Assembly (NCBI RefSeq): GCF_902459465.1
Contig: NC_047062.1
Location: forward strand, 21,576,001 to 21,640,000
Direction: 5' to 3'
Origin: Asterias rubens
Lineage: Eukaryota
DNA length: 64,000 nt
This document shows positions 35,401 to 46,600 of the stretch, piece after piece. Each line of letters begins with the position of its first letter. Positions within the stretch are counted from its first letter, which is position 1. The notes below the pieces were generated by a model that saw nothing but the letters and a program-made list of their open reading frames with translations, was not told where the DNA came from and made no database searches. Position numbers and translations under genes: made by a program.

Positions 35401-37513
35401 AAAGGGGTCAAAGGTCAAATCAAATAAAAATTGTGAACCGTGGAGGAAGGAAATTTGTGAACTGAGTAAAAACTCCCTCTCGGACTGCAAATTGTCTCGG
35501 TCTCGGAGGGCTGGTCTCAGTCTCGGAAGGGCTGGTCTCGTTCTCAGTACACTGCACAATACTTCAGAACATGGATTCATTCAATTAGCTTTACCATCTA
35601 AACAGATCTAGCATGACCCAAGGATGGAAGTACAACACATACTAAGAAATGGCAAAGTAACACTAATATAGTAATAACAGTAAAATCTAACCATGGAATC
35701 TGGATGGAAATTCCATTCTCTCTCTCAGACCTGAACTTGAAGGTAGCTCTTTTCATGAAATATTGTTAGAATAGATTCTTTGTATTTATTCAAAGACAAA
35801 TTGCTCCCTCTGAAAAGTGTTAATCTATAGATGCGCTGCTGTCACTGCCTTCCTGTAAGGATTTTTTTAGGGGAAAATTTCCTCATCCCGCCGCCACTTT
35901 TTAATTCGATTAAAATAATAACTAATTAGAAGTAAACTGCGCCAATAAAGTATCTAAACACTTACACTTGGTCAGATTTATCGGAACCTGAAATAGTATA
36001 CAAAAATTTAATTGTTCGTTTCTATTCACCGTTAATTTCTGCACGTTGTGACACATCTTGTGTTGCGCTACGATGTTGTTTGGTGGATTTATGGACACTT
36101 GGGTGGCTTAAGGTCGAATTTCAAAAGTTGCAAAAGCCCCTATTCACCCCAATTCCAAAAGGGAACTCACATAAGCATCACACTCAGACAAAATCAAGAC
36201 AAAAGACACAAACTTGTTTCGTTTACATGACCATGAAATTAATTGCCGTATCTTTAACTCTAAAACTGCTGTTATCCTGTCCTCCATCATTGTCCTGAAC
36301 GGCAAGGGGTCGTCTTCTCATACTCTCAATGAGACCTCTGATCTGTCCCTGGTCAATCCCCTGCCATTTCCTGATCAGGATGCGTCGCAAACCCCTCGAG
36401 AGTGGTGTCAGGCTTTAGAGACTTGTTCACTTTCTTCTTCTGCTGCAGAAGTCACCCCCAGACGGCCACTCCTTGGCAGGTCGTCCACATTTCCCTGAGC
36501 TTGGTAGCGATTCCACCATTTACTGACCGTCGCTGGTGACGTTTTTACCTGATGAGCTGCAGCTCACATCGACGTACCGGCTTCTATCAAACCAACGATC
36601 CTTCCTCTTTCCTGTTTGGTCGTTTGAGCCATCTTTCCTGTTATCTTGAAACACCTTTCCCTGTCTTACCATTGTTGTATGCCTCCCATCTTTGACCCCT
36701 TTGCTTGGTTACTGACAATTATTGGTGAGTATATTCATCGCAACCGATTTATCCAAAACGCGACCAAAAAAACATCATTATTTTATAAAAGGCGAGCAAA
36801 AAAAAACCGCAGATCTTACTCGTCACAATACAACGATTTAACTTGAATAGGGGCTTTTGCAACTTTTGAAATTCGCCCTTAAGCCACTCAAGTGCCCGTA
36901 AATCCACCAAACAACATTGTAGCGCAACACAAGATGTGTCAAAATGTGCAGAAATTAACGGTGACTCGAAATGAACAATTATTTTTTGGCATACTGTTTC
37001 AGGTTCCGATATATCTGACCATTTGTAAGTGTTTAGATACTTTATTGGCGCAGTTTATATACATGTATCTAATTTACCTTGCAATCATCAATGAGATATC
37101 AAAAGATAGTGGGGGGATACGGAAACGTATCCCTTTTTTTATATGCTGAGCAAGTTACTGTGCTTACTAGCACTAAACTTACTAAATGCCATAAATAGAG
37201 AAGGGACCCGTCCCTGCCTGAAATTGACCCTTGCCACTGCCCTGTATCATGGAGGTAGAATCCCATGCCTGTATGTACACAAAAATATCATCTGGGTGGA
37301 CACATCACATGGCAGGTGACGGTGCAGCACTGCAGGTACTACCTGAGGTAGACATAATGGTTAGGAATGGGGAAAAGTTTGACAACTAGAGTAAACCATG
37401 AACAAATACTGAATGTATTTACCTGATCCATGAAGAAAAATTACACTTGCAGTGTGTCTTTTCAGCGGGGCTAGAATGGTAGTTTTTAAGCTTGCCACCT
37501 TCCCAGTCGCCAT
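32407..37513 (-). CDS. LYPLAL1: Lysophospholipase-like 1 (acyl-protein thioesterase family alpha/beta hydrolase), 5 exons, 232 aa
   Basis: Exons: 37513-37423 (91 nt), 35398-35299 (100), 33960-33791 (170), 33367-33252 (116), 32628-32407 (222). Motifs: [30 protein letters not shown] (nucleophile Ser), [27 protein letters not shown] (Asp), YHEL (His). The catalytic triad is intact. Confidence 0.95.
32795..32985. mobile_element. TAGACC-terminal MITE in LYPLAL1 intron 4
   Basis: TIRs TAGACCGATCCAGTAGGCTCCGCCC / GGGCAGAGCTTAGTGGATGGGTCTA around a GC-rich core in an AT-rich context. Confidence 0.75.
34620..34960 (+). mobile_element. TTAA-flanked MITE family A (Kolobok-like) in LYPLAL1 intron 2
   Basis: TTAA|AGGCAGTGAACACTATAGGTAATT at the start and AATTACCAATAGTGTCCACTGTCT|TTAA at the end. 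Confidence 0.9.
35935..37055 (-). mobile_element. Tc1/mariner internal-deletion derivative, about 1.12 kb, with about 215-bp TIRs and TA target duplication
   Basis: TA|AACTGCGCCAATAAAGTATCTAAACACTT at the left end and AAGTGTTTAGATACTTTATTGGCGCAGTT|TA at the right. The inverted repeats (about 35935-36148 and 36845-37055) enclose the transposase remnant. Confidence 0.88.
36280..36632 (-). pseudogene. Tc1-like transposase remnant: N-terminal paired-like HTH joined to the C-terminal tail, DDE core deleted
   Basis: My translation is [56 protein letters not shown], with an internal TGA. After a deletion and frameshift it continues [35 protein letters not shown], matching the Tc1 C-terminal W..I...LI.SMPRR..AV...GG pattern. 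Confidence 0.85.
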
Positions 37514-39320
37514 TGTTGAACCTCTGTGAACTTGCGCGTCCTGGACTAGAGAGGGCGGTATACCACATCAGCGGTGTTCCAATCTGGGAGCAAAAACAAG
37601 TCTGATGGCTGGGCCCCCATGCACCAGCCTTTGTTAGCTTTCCATCAAATGAAAATTTTGGACTTCTCAAGTTTCCGAATTTATGTTGGATTTTGAAGAA
37701 AACACAAGGACTACCCGTGACTACACGTAACGCTGAGTAAAAATTGAAATGACCCGATTGTACGTTCCATGGCTTTAGAAAGATTTTATATGAAAGCCTA
37801 ATAATAAATATTAAAAAAAAACATATTCGTAAAAAGGTTTTACATCCATTTAAATGTTTACATTTTACATAATTAATCAAAACACTAGTGCAGGGTGGGT
37901 GAACAGATAAAACGATTGAATGAATGAATGCTACAACAAGACGTTTTATCAAAAATATAATTGGCCTTAGTAAACAAATAAGTTAATACGTAACAGTTAG
38001 CCTCTTTAATAAAGAATAGTTATTATTCCTTGCTTGCCACACTAAAATAGGAATGTCAAGTCTACAAAAAAACGGACATAGTTGGAGAGTCACTGTTCGC
38101 CTACCCTACCCGAGTGTACCCATTTTTGTTTGCATAATGACACTCACCCTGCCCACCCACGCACTGGGAGAATACCTGGCTGACTCGTCTACTTCTACCT
38201 CCATGGACTCCTGCAAACCTCTTCCTGACTACCCACCCCCCCCCCCCCCCCGCCAATTCCCGAAAACCATCCCCATACCCCCACCTTACCAGCTGCACAA
38301 GAAAACAAACCACTATGATGATTTAGTAAACGTGTTTTTATTCTGTTCATAATGGCCAGCATATTTTGCCAACCAATATTAATTCCTATAATACCATTAT
38401 GGCAATTATCGTCCTGCGATTGATCGTTTAAAATACCTGTGGTCAATAGGGGACAACAAACCCGTAATACCTCATGCTCACCTACAGGCCTACCACCCCA
38501 AGTGGAGTGAAAATGCGGCTAACCGTGCAGACTTCCGATAACAATACGTGGTGGTCCACCACCACAAACATTTTGCTAAAATGTTGTTTTGTAATTTAGT
38601 ACGACTGTTGGTGAAAATAAAGGTAGGCCACCAGCCTATACTTGATGGGCCATATGGAAAACCAATTTATTTTATTATGGAGTAACCGATGAGCCTGACC
38701 CAAGTACAAGTCGCGGTTTCGAAAAGGCCCATCTTGCCACCACGACTTTGCTGAATTGATGAAAATCAAAACTTGTAAATCAAAACCACCCCCAACTCAT
38801 TCAGAGATGGTCATTACATGGTGTTACCGCAAACCTTTCCACATCGTATTTCCACCATGCAAAGTTTCAAAATCCTACTCAAAACTTTTATTTGGGGTCC
38901 CTAACCCTTAATGAGTTCGACGTTCGAACGGTTAGAGCACGCGTCCAATATTGGTGATAATTGTCAAAGACCATTATCTGCTATTAGTGTGACCCATCAT
39001 TACATGAAATAACTACAGCTTGGGCAAGTTTAAAACCAATCGGTCAGCCCCTTAACCGTGCCTTTATGCCCCGCCCCCATGGAATTATCTGGTTACGTCA
39101 CTGCATGACCGCCTTTGAAGGATTCTAATTATTCGCAACGAAGCGAATGGAACCATGATCATTAACGCTCTCTTACTAACCCATTTTTAGAATGAGTGAC
39201 AACTATTGGTATCTTACAACTACACCATGTTCTGTTTACATCCACATTCCCGGTTGTCACGTCAGTGTGTATCTCCCTCTCCCACCAATCGAGGTGAAGG
39301 TTTTTACTTCTGATTAAACC

Positions 39321-39352
39321 CACTTCCACTTTCACTTTCGGAAAGAGGAAGT
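39321..39352. promoter_or_regulatory. IRF plus ETS/PU.1 motif cluster between LYPLAL1 and TGFB
   Basis: CACTTCC, ACTTTCACTTTC and AAAGAGGAAGT all fall within 32 bp. Function is untested. Confidence 0.4.
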
Positions 39353-42300
39353 CCTGTTTGAATGTTTGTCTCCTTGCAAACAACACTCAACAACCAAACA
39401 AGAAAAGAAATTACTCAATTACTGAGATGATTCACGTGTATTGTATCTATTCCATTGCTCATCACTTTAAGTTGTTCGCAGGACTTCCCTTTTACAATAA
39501 AAATGTTAAACTTATACCTGTTTGTATGTGTTGTGTTGTCATTTTTGCCTTCGAGGTTCGAAACGTTAGGCCGATAACTATTCTTCCAGCGAGAACGTCA
39601 TCAACAACACTCAATATGACTGTCTTGATATGAAGCTGACGTGTGTTTGTTTAAAATTTTAAACCTCATAAAACAAACACAGGTGTTACTGAAATTTTAT
39701 CACAATGGTTTTACACTAGTTTGGGCCTGTTTTTCGGAGATATAAAGTATGGTCAAAGTCACAGTGCAAAGCAACCTTTTACTAAACGGTGAGTTAGTTC
39801 ATTCCAACAGTCACTGACTTCTTGACAACCACAAAATGCTACGAATCGTGAAAATCAACCAACACGGGCACAACCTTGCGTGGGCGATCCGTCTATACAT
39901 AACTTCTCATTTTCAGTCAGTCCGTCAAATTATTATTTTATTATTTTTATTATGGGAATAACAAATTGCTTCCGGAAAATCGACGCCGCAAAAACTAAAA
40001 TAAATGGAGAAACAAATAAACGCATCAATCAGACGTCTAAGACTATTAATTAAGACAGCTTAAACAAAATGTGTTTTAGTTATAAACTTATTGTTTTTCC
40101 CACAACTGTCGCACACTGTTCCGGTTTGGGCCTGTAAAGATGTCGTAGTGACGTATTGTTTGTATTGACCCAACCTTCCTCAAGTTGGTTATCAACAAGT
40201 TATGTAGTCTAGAATTCATCTTGGAATTCTCGGATGAGGCGTGTGTGTTTTAAGAAAGGAGTGGGTGCAGATCGGCCTGAAATAACAGTGGTGGGCTTTC
40301 TGTTGAAGGCTAACAACAACAAGACACGTCAGAATAGAAAAGTAGAAAACACCGGTGCAATATTTTGTTCGATTTGTCGGCAAAATGCAAATACTTGAAA
40401 AAAATGAAAATTCTTTCTAAATGTATCTATAATAATATCAAAACAAAATTATTGATTTGAATTAATATTATTTTCTCATTTCAGAAAAGAAAGGCGGTTG
40501 TGTTCATTAACATTAATCGTGAAATAATCCAGAAGTCTGTCCAGACCTTCCACGATGTACCACCCACAACTGTCACCCCAGTCTTCAGCCCAACCCTTCC
40601 CAAAACCAACATTTGAAGAGAAGAGAAAAGGACCCCTTCTTGGAACTATTGTTGCACTCATAAAAATAAAGCACCAAGGCACATTGCCATGGCCAGTCTT
40701 CATGATTTCGCCAGACGGTTTGGACACAGGCCAAAATCTTACTTATTATCCAAACTTCCAAGGGTTTCTCGGGAAGTCGATCTCCCGACCCACTCCCCAC
40801 GTAGCTGGTGGCCGTGTCAGGTGCGCCAAAACACGGGTGAGTCATCCTCGGGGATATACCTCAAAGACCGTCAACAACACCGGGGTCCCGGAAGTCAACT
40901 CGACCGCACACTCTTGTCTGTTTACCTCTTGGGATAATCGCACACAGAAACCACAACAATGCTGATTTTGGCTTCCTGATGACAAATTCCAAACTCGGCA
41001 AGAATACCCTGCTTGGTGAATAATAATCCCACATAAGGTTCATAATTTATGACTGGCTAGGTGAAACTTTTGATTTACTGTCTGTGGGTAAACGTATATA
41101 TGAACCGGAAATGTCATGGGCGAATTTTGTCTGACTTTTACTTTTATTGGGGATGCATTTATCTTTCATCAACGCTGATTAATGGGCAGTTGTTCTAGTT
41201 TGGTATAAATTAATGGCATCCGATTGTGCTGTGGGCGTATTTGGGTTAATGCACCGAGTCCAGACCCGGCCAGTACTTTGGTGGACGTGAAGGTGACCGC
41301 TGTGGGAGGGGGAGGAGGGCACGCGCCCACCCTACTGAAGTTGATGTCCACACCCCCGTGCCAATTTAAAATCTGCAACCTTGAGATTAAAAATGACAAG
41401 AATGAAATGTACTTTTGTTTAGTACAACTCAATAATGAAAAATGTTGTTTGCTTCTACGCAGACAATGTATTTGTTTTTACCTGCACGTCAGGTTATCTT
41501 ACAATAAGGCATAACAAGAGCTGATGAAAAAGTGTCTCGTTTATTAGATTAAATAAAACACAATTTTTGAAATGAACAAAAAAGTGGGGTTCCTCTTGCG
41601 CCTATTATTAATTAACTCAGTTCACTGCTTGGGTGAGAGATGTTTAAGAGAGGGTGTGAAAGCTGGCGGAATAGATAGTGGACATCGCAACTCTTCTGAT
41701 ACCAATGTGTCGTATACTTTACACTCATACCCCAACCAAGATCCCATTCTTGAATGAATTAAAGCCCATCTATTGGCTAGACTAGTATCTTGACCAAAAA
41801 AAGTTATTCCTCTTTACTCTGTCAACACATTTTTGGTGATGTGACCCACAACGAACATTCCAATGATACTTGCTAACTATGTTGACAGTTTCATAATAAA
41901 TTACGGATGATGTTCTCTCATTGCGAAATGTGTGAAGTTTCAAAGAAAAAACTCACTTTGTTATAAATAATGCGGATTCTTCCTCACGGCTCTCACATTT
42001 TTGTATAGCGCCCTCTACCCAATGTTTTCAAACGGGACAGTTCGTGTGCTCCATTATCTTCTCGTCTGTTTTGAGTTTTTTTTAAACATCCCTAAGGCCT
42101 ACCAACATTCACACCAAGTGTATTCCAATTAGCTTGATACCGATAATAACGTTGTCGGCCTAGAGGGAGTTCATTGCCTTTAGTCCATCTGAACAGAGGT
42201 GCTACAAAACTAATTAAAGATTGATATTTTCTTTTTACAAAACAGATGAAAAAGTAAAAGTAAAAAGAATTAACAAAATAACAACCGTAAAAGCTGGAAC

Positions 42301-42771
42301 TGAAAAAAAGGAACCGAGAAACATAACAATTGTTGATATTTTTACTGGACTGACGATTTTGTGATTGGAGAGGCAACAAGAGTGCCTGTTTCTTATTTAC
42401 GTCACAGACACTGCATCCGCCATGTCGACAAAAACTGTGTCTGTAATTGGTCAGTGTTGTTTGACATTGGACAACGAAGAAGAAATGCCATTTTTACCAA
42501 ATCAACTTTAACCGAAATAAATATTTCAGATAAATCTATAAGTCAGTTATATTAAGCACGAATCCACAGTAATCCACAGTTCTTCATTTTGGCCTTTTTG
42601 GCCCGGGAATACCTGGATATCACCAGCTATCAAGTTCCGGCAATAAGCCGGATAGATAAGATAAGGATATACTGTACTCAAATTTGATCGGATTATCGGC
42701 AAGGCAGATTAGAACCTAAAACGTCTGTCATGCTAGACGCTCTATCTGACCATAGAGCATGATCTGACCAT

Positions 42772-42786
42772 AGGTCAAACTGACCC
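42772..42786. promoter_or_regulatory. IR3 (ERE-type) element AGGTCA-AAC-TGACCC upstream of TGFB
   Basis: Perfect GGTCAnnnTGACC core, with extra TGACC half-sites near 42747 and 42765. Function is untested. Confidence 0.4.
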
Positions 42787-43184
42787 TCAGCTATTGGGGT
42801 AGGGTGATCTTGTGAAATCATCGTTTTATTGATTGATATTTTGTCAGCTTAGAGGTACGTCTCCTAAGAGCATGCCACGGGCTGTTTCGTCTCGTTAACA
42901 CTTTGATCAGCGAGAGTACGGACAGCCAGCGCACACAGACCGGGCCGTCAGGAAACCTCTACGCCCCCATGACATCCAGCCACCCCAGTCCCGTCCCTGT
43001 TCGGTGGTGGTCTAGACTCTAGACCGAGTAACAGAAATAGCTATCGTCTTCGTCATCATCCCCGATACCGCCAAAACACCGTCATGACGCGTCACACCAA
43101 AACATACATGTGTTGCGTCTAACAACATAAACTGTTATAGTAAACTTTCCTGCAAAGGTTAATAATCACAGTTCCATAGTAGAC

Positions 43185-43290
43185 CAATCCGGACGTCCGT
43201 CATATATAGCCAGCCAGCCGAGCACGCGCCGACTCTTGGCTAGTCAGTCGTGGTCCCCCCTGTCGGTGATTTGGACGTATATATAATACG
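43185..43290 (+). promoter_or_regulatory. Candidate TGFB core promoter
   Basis: CCAAT near 43185, TATATA near 43203 and 43278, an Inr-like TCAGTC at 43244-43249, and a CpG-rich context about 350-450 bp upstream of the ATG. The TSS is not determinable from sequence alone. Confidence 0.4.
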
Positions 43291-43629
43291 AAGGTGGACG
43301 CATAATCGCTGTTAGATGGTTGTATGACTTGTGTGTGGAAGGTGCAACACGAATACATCAGTAGTGAATATTGAAGCGGTATCAGACAAGTCTATGAGCA
43401 GTTCATCACCATGAGAGTTTATTATAGGAGTATGCCTCGCGTGTCAGTGCAGTCTACTCGTTGAGTTACACAAGAACCGGAACCCCTGTGGTTGTATGTT
43501 GTATACGCTGTTGCTTCCCTTCTATATCCAACGTGATTGAATCAACCTGACGGACCTCATGTGTATTGAGTGAAGGGATACAGTCTAACAAGAGATAGTT
43601 GCATTGCGAGAAGAATATACCAACAAAAA

Positions 43630-46600
43630 ATGCATCCGTGTGTACATCTCACTGTGATTTGTCTGGTGGTGTGTTCGTTACTAAGGATGGCCATGTGTGG
43701 ATCCGGCCAGTGCAAACTCAATTTCTCGGAGTACCAGAACCGGAGGAGGTCGGCGATCAAGGCGCAGATCCTGAGCAAGCTGGGTCTGACGGCACCGCCG
43801 GATGACAACGGTCCGGAAGAGGTCCCCGAAGACGTGCTCGCAATGTATAATGAGACGGTGCGTATCTTGGAGGACAGACGGGAGATGATGCAGGCCAAGT
43901 GCCAGGAGGCTAAATCGGAGGAGTATTTCGCGAAGGTGCCGATTGTGTACACGTTAGACAGAACACGAGGTGAGATGGGTTACAAGGGTACTCCCCTTTA
44001 ATACATAGTATAATCAGGTGAAGGCCGTTTGTATTACAAGAAATGTTTGTAAACATTGTAGCCATCGATTTCACCAAACTTTTCTCAACTCACGATTAAT
44101 CATGAGACTTAGGACGAGTTAATTACCGTATCCACAGACGTATTGAACCCATTGTAAGTTAGGACTAAGTTACTCGTCCTAACTGTCGATAAATCCTAAC
44201 GTTTAGTGTAATCTGTTGCAGTATGTAGTTCACATCTTAAATTCCTCTACCCCTAAAGATTGCCTTTCTCAGTATGGCATCCGTTTACGTTCCTTCTTGG
44301 CAATTAACTTATTAAACTGCCCGACAGAATATGCCACAATCCGACAGTTAGGTTATCTCATTGAGATGTATTAGCTGTCAGAAGGTGACAGTTGAAGATT
44401 GGCAAACCCCTGTTTGTGTACCCCCCCCCCCCCCCCACAAGTGCTAGGGCAGCTTGTTTACTATGCCGAACCCTTTCGTTTTTTACCATGAAAATATCTT
44501 ACATGATAGTCATTAATAAGTTATGCTAGGTTCTGTAAATAGCTATAACGTAGCAGGCATGTATGCTTAGTTTTTTAAAGGGCATGAGCACCAAGGCATT
44601 TTATCATTGGTAATGGGCACTCTAAATTTTAAATTTTCCACTGTAGCAGTTCAAGGGCACCAAGGCAATGACCAGTGGGCATGGAGGCAGTCACCTTCGT
44701 TGCCTCCGTGAAGTGTGTCACGTAGAAGTGGAGTACCATGACATTTCCTTCCTCCCTGGCACGCCGTGATCTCGCTGGGTGTCGCGTACCCGGTGAAGGT
44801 CGACCAAATCTTGCTACAAATAAACAAACAAAAGAGGGTGTCGCGACAACTGTGTAGTAGTAGACTGTAGTTCGATACCATTTGTCTTTTTTTTTTTTTG
44901 TGACAGATTCGTATACAGTAGCCGACATTTTGACGAGACTGTTGTTATGTTCAGGGAATTGTTACATATTATTTTTTATTTATCATTACCCAATGTTGCA
45001 TTACGATGCAGTTGTAAGAAAAAATGTTTTTCGAAATGATTTTTGTTGTTGTAGGGCACTGTAATTGTTTGAGAGTGAATGAATGTAAGTTGACATCGAT
45101 GTATGAGTGTCTATACGTGTCATGAATTAAAGAGGAAAAATTACAAACGTGCAGATGTAGCTATAAACTAGGCTGCATTGTGTAGGCCTAGTATGTGGGG
45201 TTCGTTCCATGGTTCCTCTATTATGTTCATGAAGTTAGTGGGGACAGTAGCGGATCGAACCCCAGTCGGAGTTTTAGCTAGAACTGCTGTACAACCACAC
45301 TGTTCAATGTAGCTGCAGTTCTACTCAATGCAACAAATTTGGAGCTAGAAAATATGGTAAAGCTACTCATTTTACTAGAAATGGTACCAAATCTGTCCTC
45401 ACTATGAACCACTAGCTGAGAATGGGCGGCCTTAAAACGGCAACATTCAAATATGGATCAAAATGTTTCATTTATAGTGCTACAGTTTTAGCGATATCAC
45501 TCGGTATAACCAGTTATGACATGCATGATTTCCTTCCTACTTTAGTCTGTTTCGATTCTTGCTCTTGGATAAATATTAAGCAAAAATTAATCAGACCATG
45601 GAGGAAACCTGCACTGCTTGTACTAGGTAAAATGTTCCTACTTTTTGTCCAAGGACCAAATATCATGCACGTTATGGACTGTCAAGCATATAATGGTGGA
45701 AGAAGACATGGTAATATTTGGGAAATGTGTGAAGTGCCACAGGCACTGGGTGGGTTAACAACCTGATCCTCCTTAGACCTCAGCCCTGCAGCACCCATAA
45801 CTTAAATTAGGCCAGCTGGGTGTTTTGTCTCGTTGAAATAGGGTGGACTAAAAAGTTCTACAAGGCCCGAAGCTAAATATAGCTGAATTTCACATTCGGA
45901 AGAGCTCTTTTATTTTCCCTGGAGTGCAGAAATAGCAACGTAACAATTCTCTCGGAGCTATTAGGTTTTCCGTAAGATCAACCACGGAGCTTTTGATCTG
46001 GTTTTGTAACTGAATGGAGTCTGTAACCTTCGCATTTAGAGAAATCCCCAAAGTAAACCTGTCACACAATGGCATCGCCAGCGGGAGACTTTCCCTTTGC
46101 CTTGCCGGGGTGTTGTGAGCTCAGGGTTTCACTGTTGCAAAGTACAACAAAAAGCTACTTAGTAACGGTCGGGTTTGCACGCCTAAACACTGCTACTGCA
46201 CCGGGGAGGACCGAACGATGGGGAGAAATTAGACCACTTTGCCCCGAGCACGAACCCGGTATCTAACCCTCGAGACTTCGATCCCGGGGATAAACTGGAA
46301 ATCCCGTTCTTAAAATGATGTTGTCAGGTCGAATAAGGACGACAGGAAACACCCCCTGTATTATTTTCACTGTGTAAGAGTGTGCAATGTTTGGCCATGC
46401 GTGTTTAATGAGCAGAGCACTGATTGGTTCGAAGTTGGTCTGGTGCCAGAAGTGTTTTTGGCGCCTAAATCTGGTTGTCCGTGAAATTACGTGTGAGGTT
46501 GTGTTGATTCGGGCACCTATTAACGTACAGCTGCCCGAATTCGGCCGCGATACACAGACATGTTTAATTATAGCATAGAGCATGAACCTTGCTCTATAAT

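Larger units (their letters stand above)
35870..37133. mobile_element. Diverged GG-terminal MITE copy interrupted by the Tc1 element
   Basis: Joining 35870-35934 to 37056-37133 gives a sequence alignable to the reverse complement of 29683-29814 (shared ccacttttt.attcgat, gtatctaatttacct, atacggaaa..tatcc). It is flanked by TTTTTTTA on both sides, an 8-bp TSD of low complexity. Confidence 0.65.

Noticed and set aside
37419-37952. 177-aa ORF upstream of LYPLAL1 and other long intronic ORFs (e.g. 20516-20974, 46263-46823, 40555-40965)
   Set aside because: They have non-ATG starts or low-complexity composition, no family motifs, and overlap promoters or repeats. The first overlaps the real exon 1 in a different frame.
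42870-42912. Third hammerhead-like string on the minus strand (CTGATCA...GAAAC)
   Set aside because: The core G8 is changed, stem II is not formed, and the cleavage triplet ends in G.
43570-43629. Longer TGFB N-terminus
   Set aside because: The ORF start is GTG, and the signal peptide begins right after the ATG at 43630.
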